Positions 18,553-28,427 of a stretch of DNA of 32,000 nucleotides are shown here, piece by piece. Location: assembly GCF_000284115.1 (NCBI RefSeq), contig NC_017080.1, positions 2,640,001-2,672,000 on the forward strand. Direction: 5' to 3'. A program made the translations under genes and the position numbers. Under the pieces are notes generated by a model. It had not been told where the DNA came from. It made no database searches and saw only the letters and a list, made by a program, of their open reading frames with translations. How positions within the stretch are numbered: position 1 is the first letter of the stretch; every line of letters begins with the position of its first letter. The DNA is from Phycisphaera mikurensis NBRC 102666 (GTDB lineage: Bacteria > Planctomycetota > Phycisphaerae > Phycisphaerales > Phycisphaeraceae).

Positions 18553-20253
18553 TCAATTCATCGCCATGGGCGGCGCGGCGGGGCCGGTCGCGAGCTTGGG
18601 CGGGACCGAGCCGTCGAGCAGCTGTTGGAGGTCGGCGTAGGCGAACCAGTAATCGCGCAACGCTTGGAGGTAGGCGCGGCCGGCGTCGATCTGGTGACGC
18701 TTGGCGCTCAGCAGCTCGAAGGGCGTGACCGCCATCGCGTTGTACTGCAGCTGGCTCTCGGCCACGAGGGCGGTGTGCAGCGGCAGCACCACGTCGCGGA
18801 GGTAGGCCGCCCGCTCCCGGGTGGTCTGCAGCCGGACTTCGGCCATGCGGGCCATCGAGCGGACCTGGGTGGCGGTGGAGAGGAAGGTCTCCAGCCGCTG
18901 GCGGAGGCGCGAGGCCTCCTCCGGGCGGACGCCCTGCCCCAAGTCGAAGACGGGCAGCGGCGTTGCGACCGACGGCCCCAGCCCGAACTCGCCCGAACCG
19001 GCCCCCTTCTCGGTGGTGATGCCCACATTGAGGAAGGGGAACATGGCCAGGACGTTGCGGAGCTTGAGCCGGGCGGCCTGGGCCTCGATGAGGTGCCGCT
19101 GTCCGGCGAGCGCCAGGCTGCGTTCGACCACGAGGCGCTCGACCGCCGCGGACCGCTCCTGCGAGGGGACCAGCGGGTCGGGAAGCCCGGCCCCGCCGGG
19201 CTCGGAGAGGGCGCCGAGCCAGTCCAGGTCCGGCATCGCGGGCGGCGGACCCGCGGCGGCGCCGGCCGTCCCGCTCCCCGGCGGCATGGAAAGATTCTCC
19301 GCCAGCGGCGGGCCGGCCAACACGGCCGCGGCTCCCTCCGCGGATTCCGCTTTTGGAGCAGGCGTGGGGGCGGGCACCTTCGCGACCTCCTCCGGCACGA
19401 GCACCGGGCTGTCGCCGTGCTCCATCCCGGGAACCGCGTCGGCCGCGCGTCCCTCCGCCGTCGTTGCGGCGGGCGGGCCGACCGGCGACCCGTCCGTGGG
19501 CACCGTCCACGCGGTCATCGAGCCGGACAGACTCATGATCCGGTTGAGGGCCTCCCTGGTTTCGCCGAGCCGCTCGAGGGCCAGGTTCAACCGGAGCTTG
19601 GATTCTTCGTAGAGCGTCCGTTCGCGGAGCACCGGCAGCTGCGGGATGTTGCCGGCCTGGCGGAGCCGCTCGGCCGTGAGGTACGAGGCCTCGGTGGCGG
19701 TGACGACGGCCCGCTCCATGTTCACGAGCTGCCGTTGCGTGAGGAAGGCGACGTAGGCCCGCCGGGCGTCGCCGATGGTGGCCAGGACCGCGGCGGAAAC
19801 CCGCCGCTTGGCCGCTTCGAGCTGCTCGCCCTGAATCTCACGCCGAAGCGGGATCGTGAAGACGCTGATCAGGTTCTGGAAGAGCGCCCCCTCGAAGCTG
19901 ACTCCCGCGTCGAAGAACCACGTGTCCCACGCGAGCACGGGGTTGTCCGGCAGCCCGGCCTGGATCAGCTGACCCCGGGAGATACCCAGTTCCTCGTAGA
20001 CGGCCTGAAGGTCGCGGTTGTGCAGGATCGCCACGCGGACGACCGCCTCGGCGGTCAGCGGCTGCGCCAGCGTCTCGCGGACGATGCGGTCGGCCTCGCG
20101 GTCGGCCTCGGGGGTGCGGGTCCAGGCCGGCGAGACCCCGCCGCGGCTCTCCGCGGTGTCGGCGACATCGCCGAAGCCCGCATCGCGCGGGGCGGATGTG
20201 CAGGCGGACGCGGCCAGCGCGAGCATGGTGGTGGTGAAGAGCAGCCGCTTCAT
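18553..20253 (-). CDS. TolC-family outer-membrane protein (lipoprotein signal)
   Basis: MKRLLFTTTMLALAASACTSAPRD lipobox; internal pattern LLSQ.../RLRQAGNIPQLPVLRERTLYEESKLRLNLALERLGETREALNRIMSL typical of TolC/CusC family. Confidence 0.8.
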   Translation of the reverse strand: MKRLLFTTTMLALAASACTSAPRDAGFGDVADTAESRGGVSPAWTRTPEADREADRIVRETLAQPLTAEAVVRVAILHNRDLQAVYEELGISRGQLIQAGLPDNPVLAWDTWFFDAGVSFEGALFQNLISVFTIPLRREIQGEQLEAAKRRVSAAVLATIGDARRAYVAFLTQRQLVNMERAVVTATEASYLTAERLRQAGNIPQLPVLRERTLYEESKLRLNLALERLGETREALNRIMSLSGSMTAWTVPTDGSPVGPPAATTAEGRAADAVPGMEHGDSPVLVPEEVAKVPAPTPAPKAESAEGAAAVLAGPPLAENLSMPPGSGTAGAAAGPPPAMPDLDWLGALSEPGGAGLPDPLVPSQERSAAVERLVVERSLALAGQRHLIEAQAARLKLRNVLAMFPFLNVGITTEKGAGSGEFGLGPSVATPLPVFDLGQGVRPEEASRLRQRLETFLSTATQVRSMARMAEVRLQTTRERAAYLRDVVLPLHTALVAESQLQYNAMAVTPFELLSAKRHQIDAGRAYLQALRDYWFAYADLQQLLDGSVPPKLATGPAAPPMAMN

Positions 20254-20693
20254 CGTCCGGCCTCCGTCTCGCTGGCTCGATCCGCGTTCTCCGTGAACCC
20301 GCTGCGGGGCCGGTTCTTCATGCCCGGCTCCGGGGCGTCCGGTTGGAACAGGGGCGCCCGCTCGGAGGCCTCCTTCACCTCGCCGGTGTCCGATTCCTCC
20401 ACGCCCGGGGGCAGCTCCCGGGCGTCCCAGGCGGCGTCCATCATCGGGAGCACCGGCTGGGGGTCCACGGCGGCGGTCGCGGCTGGACCGCGGCCGGTGG
20501 GCGCGATCGCCAGCCACGGCGCCGCCACCGGCATCATGCCGGCGGGTGCGTCGGGCTCGGCGGGGTTGCCGACGACGAGAGCGTCGTCGATGATCTGCTG
20601 CGTGTCGGTGCAGCCGACGGGCGCGAGGGCCAGCAGGGCGAGGGCGGGGCTGAGGAGTTTGATGACGGCCTCCGGGAAGACGCTGCGGGACAA
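20250..20693 (-). CDS. Small putative lipoprotein of the copper operon
   Basis: TTG start gives MSRSVFPEAVIKLLSPALALLALAPVGCTDTQQIIDDALVVG with a lipobox-like LAPVGC; ATGA overlap with the downstream TolC-like gene. Confidence 0.6.
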   Translation of the reverse strand: MSRSVFPEAVIKLLSPALALLALAPVGCTDTQQIIDDALVVGNPAEPDAPAGMMPVAAPWLAIAPTGRGPAATAAVDPQPVLPMMDAAWDARELPPGVEESDTGEVKEASERAPLFQPDAPEPGMKNRPRSGFTENADRASETEAGR

Positions 20694-20699
20694 ACGGGT

Positions 20700-20733
20700 C
20701 CGCCCGCGGGCTGCGGGCGGGCCCCATCGGGGC
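20700..20733. terminator. Two back-to-back hairpins between the csp-like gene and the downstream operon
   Basis: CCGCCCGC-GGGCT-GCGGGCGG (20700-20720) directly followed by GCCCC-ATC-GGGGC (20721-20733). No T-tract. Confidence 0.45.
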
Positions 20734-20742
20734 GAAGGGTGT

Positions 20743-21054
20743 TCAGGCGGCCATGGCGCGGCACGCTTCTGCACAGCGACGCGAGCTGTCCGCGCACGTC
20801 TTGCAGTGCTCGTGGTCGTGCTGCTCGCAGTTCTCGGCGCACCGCTCGCACGCCTTCGCGCACAGCTCGCAGGCCTCCCTGGAGAAGGGGCCTTCGCTGG
20901 CGAGCAGGGTGGCGCAGGCCCGGCAGGCCGCGGCGCAGTCGATGCAGCAGGCGGGGCAGTCGTTGGAGCTTTCCATCCCGGCCATCTTCGCGAGGCAGTG
21001 GTCGCAGTCGGCGGCGCATTCGAGGCAGGTCTGGATGCAGTCGGCGTTCTTCAT
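20743..21054 (-). CDS. Cys-rich four-helix-bundle copper storage protein (Csp/DUF326-like)
   Basis: MKNADCIQTCLECAADCDHCLAKMAGMESSNDCPACCIDCAAACRACATLL...EACELCAKACERCAENCEQHDHEHCKTCADSSRRCAEACRAMAA; about 20 Cys in 103 residues with helical CxxC/CxxxC spacing. Confidence 0.88.
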   Translation of the reverse strand: MKNADCIQTCLECAADCDHCLAKMAGMESSNDCPACCIDCAAACRACATLLASEGPFSREACELCAKACERCAENCEQHDHEHCKTCADSSRRCAEACRAMAA

Positions 21055-21112
21055 CTTCGTTCGCGTTCCTACGTTGGGATCTCGGAAAACCCGACGCCAC
21101 GTTGGTGTCGGG

Positions 21113-21127
21113 TACCCCACGGGGGTA
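21113..21127. promoter_or_regulatory. Putative CsoR operator
   Basis: TACCCC-ACG-GGGGTA perfect 6+6 palindrome in the divergent csp/csoR promoter region, similar to known GC-rich CsoR boxes. Confidence 0.75.
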
Positions 21128-21170
21128 TTCAGAGGATCGGTAGCGCGGCGCATGCCGCGGGTCAAGCTCG

Positions 21171-21500
21171 ATGGCGAAAAAGACGCGACACAAGGGCGAT
21201 GAAGCCGGTCGACCCGCGAAGACCCTGCACGTCGACGCCGAGCACAAAGCCGCCGTCGGGCGCCGCCTCCGCCGCATCGAGGGACAGGTCCGCGGCATCG
21301 AGCAGATGATCGAGGAGGATCGCTACTGCGTGGACATCCTCACGCAGATTGCCGCGGTCCACAGCGGCCTGCGGGCGGTGGCGAAGGAGACGCTCCGCCA
21401 CCACCTCCGCCACTGCGTCCGCGACGCGATGGCGAACGACCCCGGCTCGCTGGAGCGGACGATCGAGGAGCTGCTGGAGGTGTACCACCGGGTTCGCTGA
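21171..21500 (+). CDS. csoR: CsoR-type copper-sensing repressor
   Basis: RLRRIEGQVRGIEQMIEEDRYCVDILTQIAAVHSGLRAVAKETLRHHLRHCVRDAM: CsoR/RcnR fold with the Cys...His-xxx-Cys copper-ligand pattern. Confidence 0.9.
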   Translation: MAKKTRHKGDEAGRPAKTLHVDAEHKAAVGRRLRRIEGQVRGIEQMIEEDRYCVDILTQIAAVHSGLRAVAKETLRHHLRHCVRDAMANDPGSLERTIEELLEVYHRVR

Positions 21501-21511
21501 CGCTCCCGCTC

Positions 21512-21528
21512 CGCGGGCTGCGCCCGCG
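21512..21528. terminator. Possible csoR terminator hairpin
   Basis: CGCGGGC-TGC-GCCCGCG, 7-bp perfect stem, 12 nt after the csoR stop. Confidence 0.4.
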
Positions 21529-21635
21529 TAAGGCGGTGGACACGGCGGAAGAGCGAATCGGAGGCGTCGCCGCCAGCGCCGGGGAGCCGGTTGCACCGCG
21601 ACCCGAGCCCGGCCTCGCGGCCGCCCGGCAGCGCC

Positions 21636-22292
21636 TCAGAGCAGCGTGAAGAGCTCGCTGCGCACCATCCCGAAGCAGGCGTCCCGGCGGGCCACCGGGC
21701 GTTGCTCGCGGGTGCCGGGCACGCGGCGCCAGTCGATGAGCCGCCGGTTCGGGCAGCCGGTCTGCCACCGGAAGAAGCCGTGCATCAGGCGGAGCCAAAC
21801 GCGGGCGTGCAGCCGGCGGAGGCGCCCGCCGGGCTCGACGAAATCCACCAGCAGCCAGGTGCCGCCGGGGCGGACGGCGCCGAGCCAGGCGGGCAGCCCG
21901 CGGCCGAGCTGCTCCGCGTCGAAGCAGTCCAGGAAGAAGGCCGTCACGAGAGCGTCGAAGCCGTGCTCCTGAAGAGGGTGCTCCAGCGCGTCCGCGCGGA
22001 CGAAGGCGACGCGTCCCCCCGCTTCAGGGGACGCGTCCGCCACCCGCCGCCGCTGCCGGGCGAGCATCGCGCCGCTGAGGTCGACGCTCACGAAGCGGCA
22101 CCGCGGCCGGGCGCGGCACATCGCCGCGAGCAGCCGGCCGTCGCCGTCGCCGAGCACCAGCACGCGGCCTTCGCCGGGGAGCCGATCGAGCAGAGCGACC
22201 CGCGCCCGATGGAGCCGATCGCCGAAGGCCAGCCACTCCAGGCCCCGGTAGAGCCCGGCGAGCCGGTCGTAGCCGCGGCGGGCGGCGCTCAC
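21636..22292 (-). CDS. Class I SAM-dependent methyltransferase
   Basis: VSAARRGYDRLAGLYRGLEWLAFG...GRVLVLGDGDGRLLAAMCRARPRCRFVSVDLSGAMLARQRRR...DALVTAFFLDCF...VRPGGTWLLVDFVEP. GTG start. Confidence 0.8.
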   Translation of the reverse strand: MSAARRGYDRLAGLYRGLEWLAFGDRLHRARVALLDRLPGEGRVLVLGDGDGRLLAAMCRARPRCRFVSVDLSGAMLARQRRRVADASPEAGGRVAFVRADALEHPLQEHGFDALVTAFFLDCFDAEQLGRGLPAWLGAVRPGGTWLLVDFVEPGGRLRRLHARVWLRLMHGFFRWQTGCPNRRLIDWRRVPGTREQRPVARRDACFGMVRSELFTLL

Positions 22293-23206
22293 GGGAGGCC
22301 GAGCCCTTCCTTGAGCCACCCCCAGGCCAGGGCCGCGGCCGCCGGCGGCACCAGCAGCGCGGCGTCCGCCTTCCAGCCGCCGGGATCGAGAAGCGCCCGG
22401 CCGTGGCCACCCGTCGGCCGCAGCGGCGCCGGCCGGCAGGCTCCGGCGGCAAGGGGAGCCAGCGCGGCCGCTCCCGCGAGCAGCGGCACCGCGAAGAGGC
22501 CCGGGAGGACGCCGCACGCCAGGCCGCCCGCCCCGCCGAGCGCCACCAAGCCGAGGAGCCGGCGGGCCAGGCCCGCCCGCGGCGGCTTCGCGTCGGCGTC
22601 CGCCGCCGCCTCCCGCGCCGTCACGACCAGGCAGTTCGCCCCGAACAGCAGCCCCGCGAGAACCACCGCCAGCGCCAGCGGGAAAGACGGAACCTCCGAC
22701 GCGCACGGCAACGCCACGCCGGCCGCGAAGAGCAGGCCCACCCGCAGCTCCTTGGTCCAGCCCCGCGGCGGCGACGCCGGGCCGTGCACGCGGAGCGCGT
22801 AGAGCAGCACGAGCGCCGCGAGCACGCAGCCCGCCCCGAGCAGCCTGGGCTCCAGCCCGCCGGCCGCCACGGCGACCGCGGCGAGGAGCGCGGCCGCCCA
22901 GACCAGCGCCAACCACCCCGCGTGCTCGGCGTGGAGCCGGTGGCGGAGCAGGTGCGGCTTCGCGGGATCCAGGCGCCGCGCGTCGAGCCACCGGTCGCCG
23001 GCGTAGATCAGCCACACCACCAGGCCCAGGGCCAGCGCCTCGGGCGGGCGCGGCCACCGGTCGGAGAAGGCCCGAAGGAAGAGCGTCTGCCAGAGCAGCG
23101 CGACCGCCACCGCGTCCAGCGAGAGCGCGTTGATCGCGGCCCCCGCCCCCGCCGCCGCGGGGGCGGCTGCGGGGGCGGGGGCCTGCGCGATGGTCTCGGT
23201 TCTCAT
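22289..23206 (-). CDS. UbiA-like polytopic membrane protein
   Basis: Multi-pass; VVWLIYAGDRWLDARRLDPAKPHLLRHRLHAEH resembles the UbiA aspartate motif; GTGA overlap with the methyltransferase. Confidence 0.55.
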   Translation of the reverse strand: MRTETIAQAPAPAAAPAAAGAGAAINALSLDAVAVALLWQTLFLRAFSDRWPRPPEALALGLVVWLIYAGDRWLDARRLDPAKPHLLRHRLHAEHAGWLALVWAAALLAAVAVAAGGLEPRLLGAGCVLAALVLLYALRVHGPASPPRGWTKELRVGLLFAAGVALPCASEVPSFPLALAVVLAGLLFGANCLVVTAREAAADADAKPPRAGLARRLLGLVALGGAGGLACGVLPGLFAVPLLAGAAALAPLAAGACRPAPLRPTGGHGRALLDPGGWKADAALLVPPAAAALAWGWLKEGLGLP

Positions 23207-23392
23207 GACGTTCCGGCCCCGGCAGCGGAGGGTACGGAGCCGATGCCCCGCGGACGCCGGTGCCGGCGGCCAGCCGCGACCGCCTCGTTCATCGGCGCCG
23301 GGATCGAGGCGTCGCGGAGCTGCGGAAGGCCACCGGATGCCGGTAGGCTCGGCGGTCCGGGCTCCCGCGTTCGCCCCCGTCCTCCCGTTCCC

Positions 23393-25495
<2,103 letters not shown>

Positions 25496-25750
25496 GCATC
25501 GCGCGGCCGAGCCGCCGGATCCAGCGCCCGGCCGCGCGGGCGGGCCCGCGACGACGTGCCGCTGGCGGGCGGGATCGCGACGACGCTCGCGACGCGCGCC
25601 GCCCGAAGCCGGCGTGCGACCGCCCGCGCGCCGCGGGCGACGCCCCACGCCTTCTCGATGCGATCCTCGGGGGTCGCGCCCGACGCGGCTCCCGCCGGGT
25701 GCGGCGCCGGAACCGCCGGCGGATCCGCAGCGTAAAGTCCGGAACCAAGG

Positions 25751-26176
25751 ATGCTCGCCGCGCTCCCCGTCACGCCCGCCCACGCCTTCCGCTGGCTCCT
25801 CGCCGCGGCCGTGGCCTTCGCGAGCCTGGGGCTGTGCCCGTGCCCGGCCCCCGCATCGGCTCAAGCGATCGCGGCCCAGGCGGAGCCGCACGGTTGCTGC
25901 GAGACCGGGGAAGCGCCCGCCGCGCCGGCGATGCCCGACGAAGACTGCAGCCACTGCGTCCCCGCGGAGACGCCGGTGCGGCTGGCCGCCGGCGACCATG
26001 CGGTGGAGCGGCTGGTGCCGGCGGGGTCGTTCCCGCTGCCCGACGCGCTGCCCGATGCCGCCGGCGCGTGGCCCGATCGGTCGGCGGCCTCGGGGCGGGA
26101 GGCCCGGCCGCTGGCCCGACCCGGGCCGGCCCCTGCGCAGACGCTGCGTGCTCTCCACGCGTTGCTGCTGATCTGA
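25751..26176 (+). CDS. Small secreted Cys/His-containing protein, DUF2946-like, putative metal-related
   Basis: Hydrophobic N-terminus RWLLAAAVAFASLGLCPCPAPASA, then EPHGCCETGEAPAAPAMPDEDCSHCVP; precedes the RND genes. Confidence 0.5.
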   Translation: MLAALPVTPAHAFRWLLAAAVAFASLGLCPCPAPASAQAIAAQAEPHGCCETGEAPAAPAMPDEDCSHCVPAETPVRLAAGDHAVERLVPAGSFPLPDALPDAAGAWPDRSAASGREARPLARPGPAPAQTLRALHALLLI

Positions 26177-26382
26177 TCCAAGACGGCTGCTTGCCGGAGT
26201 CCGCGCCGGTCCGCCGGTTGGCGCGTCCGCCGGTCCGCGGCTTCCGGCATCGCCTCCCCGCGCGGTGATCGCGTGCCCACGCCCTCCCGGCGTCGGGCGC
26301 GTCGCTGCTCTCGCTCCCTCCCCCGCCCGGGGTGCCGCACGCGTCGTGCGCGTCCCGGCTCGCTCCTCCCTGGAACCACCCG

Positions 26383-27018
26383 ATGAAGCTTTTCCTCCTC
26401 CCCGCTCTTGCCCTCCTCCTCGCCGCCCCCGCGCTGCCTTTGGCCGCCGCGGAGCCTCCGCAGCCGCGGAACGTCTACCCGCTTCCCCACGACCCGGTGA
26501 GCGGCGAGCCGCTCGCCGGGGTCGATCAACCCGTCTACCGGACGCACGAGGGCCGCCGCTTCCACTTCGCCTCCGAGGCGTCGGCGGAAGCCTTCGCCGC
26601 CGCGCCGGGCGATTTCATCCCGGCCGTCGACGAGAGGCTGATCGCCACCCAGTCGCGGGTCTACCCGATGCAGACCTGCGCGGTCGCGGGAGGGGCGCTG
26701 GGGTCCATGGGCGAGCCGGTTGACGTGCTGCTGGGCCACCGGCTGGTGAAGCTGTGCTGCGCCGGCTGCAGGGGCGCGGCCGTGGCGGATCCCGAAGCCG
26801 CGATCGAGAAGCTCGACGCCGCCGTGCTCGCCGCTCGCCCCGCCGGCGACGCCGCGGAGACGTGCCCGGTGACGGGGATGAAGCTGGGCAGCATGGGCGA
26901 GCCGGTGGACATCGTCTTCGCCGGCGAACTGGTCCGCTTCTGCTGCGGCGGTTGCACCTCGAAGTTCCTCGCCAACCCCGCGATGCACCTCCAGAAGATC
27001 GAAGGGGCGGGATCGTGA
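26383..27018 (+). CDS. Secreted protein with duplicated YHS/HMBD-like Cys module
   Basis: Signal peptide MKLFLLPALALLLAAPALPLAAA; repeats TCAVAGGALGSMGEPVDVLLGHRLVKLCCAGC and TCPVTGMKLGSMGEPVDIVFAGELVRFCCGGC. Confidence 0.75.
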   Translation: MKLFLLPALALLLAAPALPLAAAEPPQPRNVYPLPHDPVSGEPLAGVDQPVYRTHEGRRFHFASEASAEAFAAAPGDFIPAVDERLIATQSRVYPMQTCAVAGGALGSMGEPVDVLLGHRLVKLCCAGCRGAAVADPEAAIEKLDAAVLAARPAGDAAETCPVTGMKLGSMGEPVDIVFAGELVRFCCGGCTSKFLANPAMHLQKIEGAGS

Positions 27019-28427
27019 GAGGGCCGACCGTGACGCTCGCGACGCTCCTGCTCACCGGCTGCTCGTCTCCGCTGCGGGACGGCGGGTTCGATGCCTGGAT
27101 CGACGCCGACCCGCGGGCTTGGTCTGCGCCCGGTTCGCCCACGACGCACCGGCTGGGCGACCTCCTCCCCGAGGAGCCGGCCGGGGCGGTGCCCGCCGAC
27201 GTGGAGCGGCTCGTGGAGCTGGCGCTCCGCCGCAACCCGGCGATCGCCGCGGCCGAGCGACGGGTCGAGCGGCTGCGTGCACGCCGACCGCAGGTCGAGT
27301 CCCTCGACGACCCCATGCTGACCGTCTCGCCCATCGGCGACATGGCTCAGACCGCCGCGGGCGAGGTCGGCCTGATGGCCGGGCTCTCGCAGAAGTTCCC
27401 CTTCCCCGGCAAGCTCGAAGCCCGCGGCGACGCCGCGGACCGGGCGGCGGCGGCGGCGCTGGCGGACCTCGCAGACCGGCGGCTGCAGGTCGCCGCGGCG
27501 GTGCGGCGGGCCTGGTGGTCGCTGGCCTACGCCCGCCAGGCGGTGGGTGTGGTGAACGAAGACGTTCAACTGCGTGAGCGGCTCCGCGACTCCGCGGCGG
27601 CTCGATATCGGGCCGGTGCGGCCGAGCGGGCCGACGTGCTGCGGGCCGGGGTGGAGGTCGATGCGCTCCGGCAGGACCTGCTCGAACTCCGCCGGCAGGA
27701 CCAGACGGCGGCGGCGAGCCTCAACCGGCTGCTCGATCGGCCCGCCGACGCGGCGCTGCCGGATCCGCCGGCGGCGACGCTCGCGGACGCCGCGGGCACG
27801 CTGGACGGGCTGCTCGCCGCCGCCGCGAACCACCCGCGGCTGGCGTCGCTGAAGCAGGACATCGCCGCCGCGCGGGACCGGCTCCGGCTGGCGAAGCTCG
27901 ACCGCTGGCCCGACCTCACGGTGGGCGTCAGCTTCGCTGACGTCGACGACGAGGGCCTCGCCCCCGCCGCCACCGGAGAGGACCAGCTCTACCTCAACCT
28001 GGGGATCAACCTGCCCCTGTGGCAGGACCGCCGCGACGCGGCCGAGGCCGAGGCGCTCGCCGGCCTGGGCGAGGCCGCGGCGATGTACACCGACGAGCAG
28101 AACCGGCTGGCCTTCGCGGTCGCCGACGCGCTCGCCCGGGTCGCCCAGCGCCGCGACGCCGTTGCCCTCTACGACGCCGACATGGTGCCCGCCGCGGAGG
28201 AGGCCGTCGCTTCTTCCGCGGCCGGCTACCGCTCGGGCCAAACCGACTTCATCGCCCTCATCGACAACGCCCGCCGCTTGACCACGCTCAAGCTGATGCG
28301 GCTGCGGGCGGTGACGCAACTGCAGCAGGACCTTGCGGACCTCCGCGAGGCGGTGGGCACGCCCGAAGCGTCGCTGCGCGACCCCACCCCCCAAGGGGCG
28401 TGGCACCCGGCCACGGAGACACCATGA
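27015..28427 (+). CDS. TolC-family outer-membrane efflux protein (CusC-like)
   Basis: VRGPTVTLATLLLTGCSS lipobox; ALRRNPAIAAAERRVERLRARRPQVESLDDPMLTVSPIGD...QKFPFPGKLEARGDAA...GINLPLW. GTG start overlaps upstream TGA (GTGA). Confidence 0.85.
   Translation: MRGPTVTLATLLLTGCSSPLRDGGFDAWIDADPRAWSAPGSPTTHRLGDLLPEEPAGAVPADVERLVELALRRNPAIAAAERRVERLRARRPQVESLDDPMLTVSPIGDMAQTAAGEVGLMAGLSQKFPFPGKLEARGDAADRAAAAALADLADRRLQVAAAVRRAWWSLAYARQAVGVVNEDVQLRERLRDSAAARYRAGAAERADVLRAGVEVDALRQDLLELRRQDQTAAASLNRLLDRPADAALPDPPAATLADAAGTLDGLLAAAANHPRLASLKQDIAAARDRLRLAKLDRWPDLTVGVSFADVDDEGLAPAATGEDQLYLNLGINLPLWQDRRDAAEAEALAGLGEAAAMYTDEQNRLAFAVADALARVAQRRDAVALYDADMVPAAEEAVASSAAGYRSGQTDFIALIDNARRLTTLKLMRLRAVTQLQQDLADLREAVGTPEASLRDPTPQGAWHPATETP

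Noticed and set aside
19146-19191. Possible paired elements at 19146, 27433, 26195 and 11266
   Set aside because: Checked the expected partner position 36 nt away; no matching arm, so these are single half-sites only.
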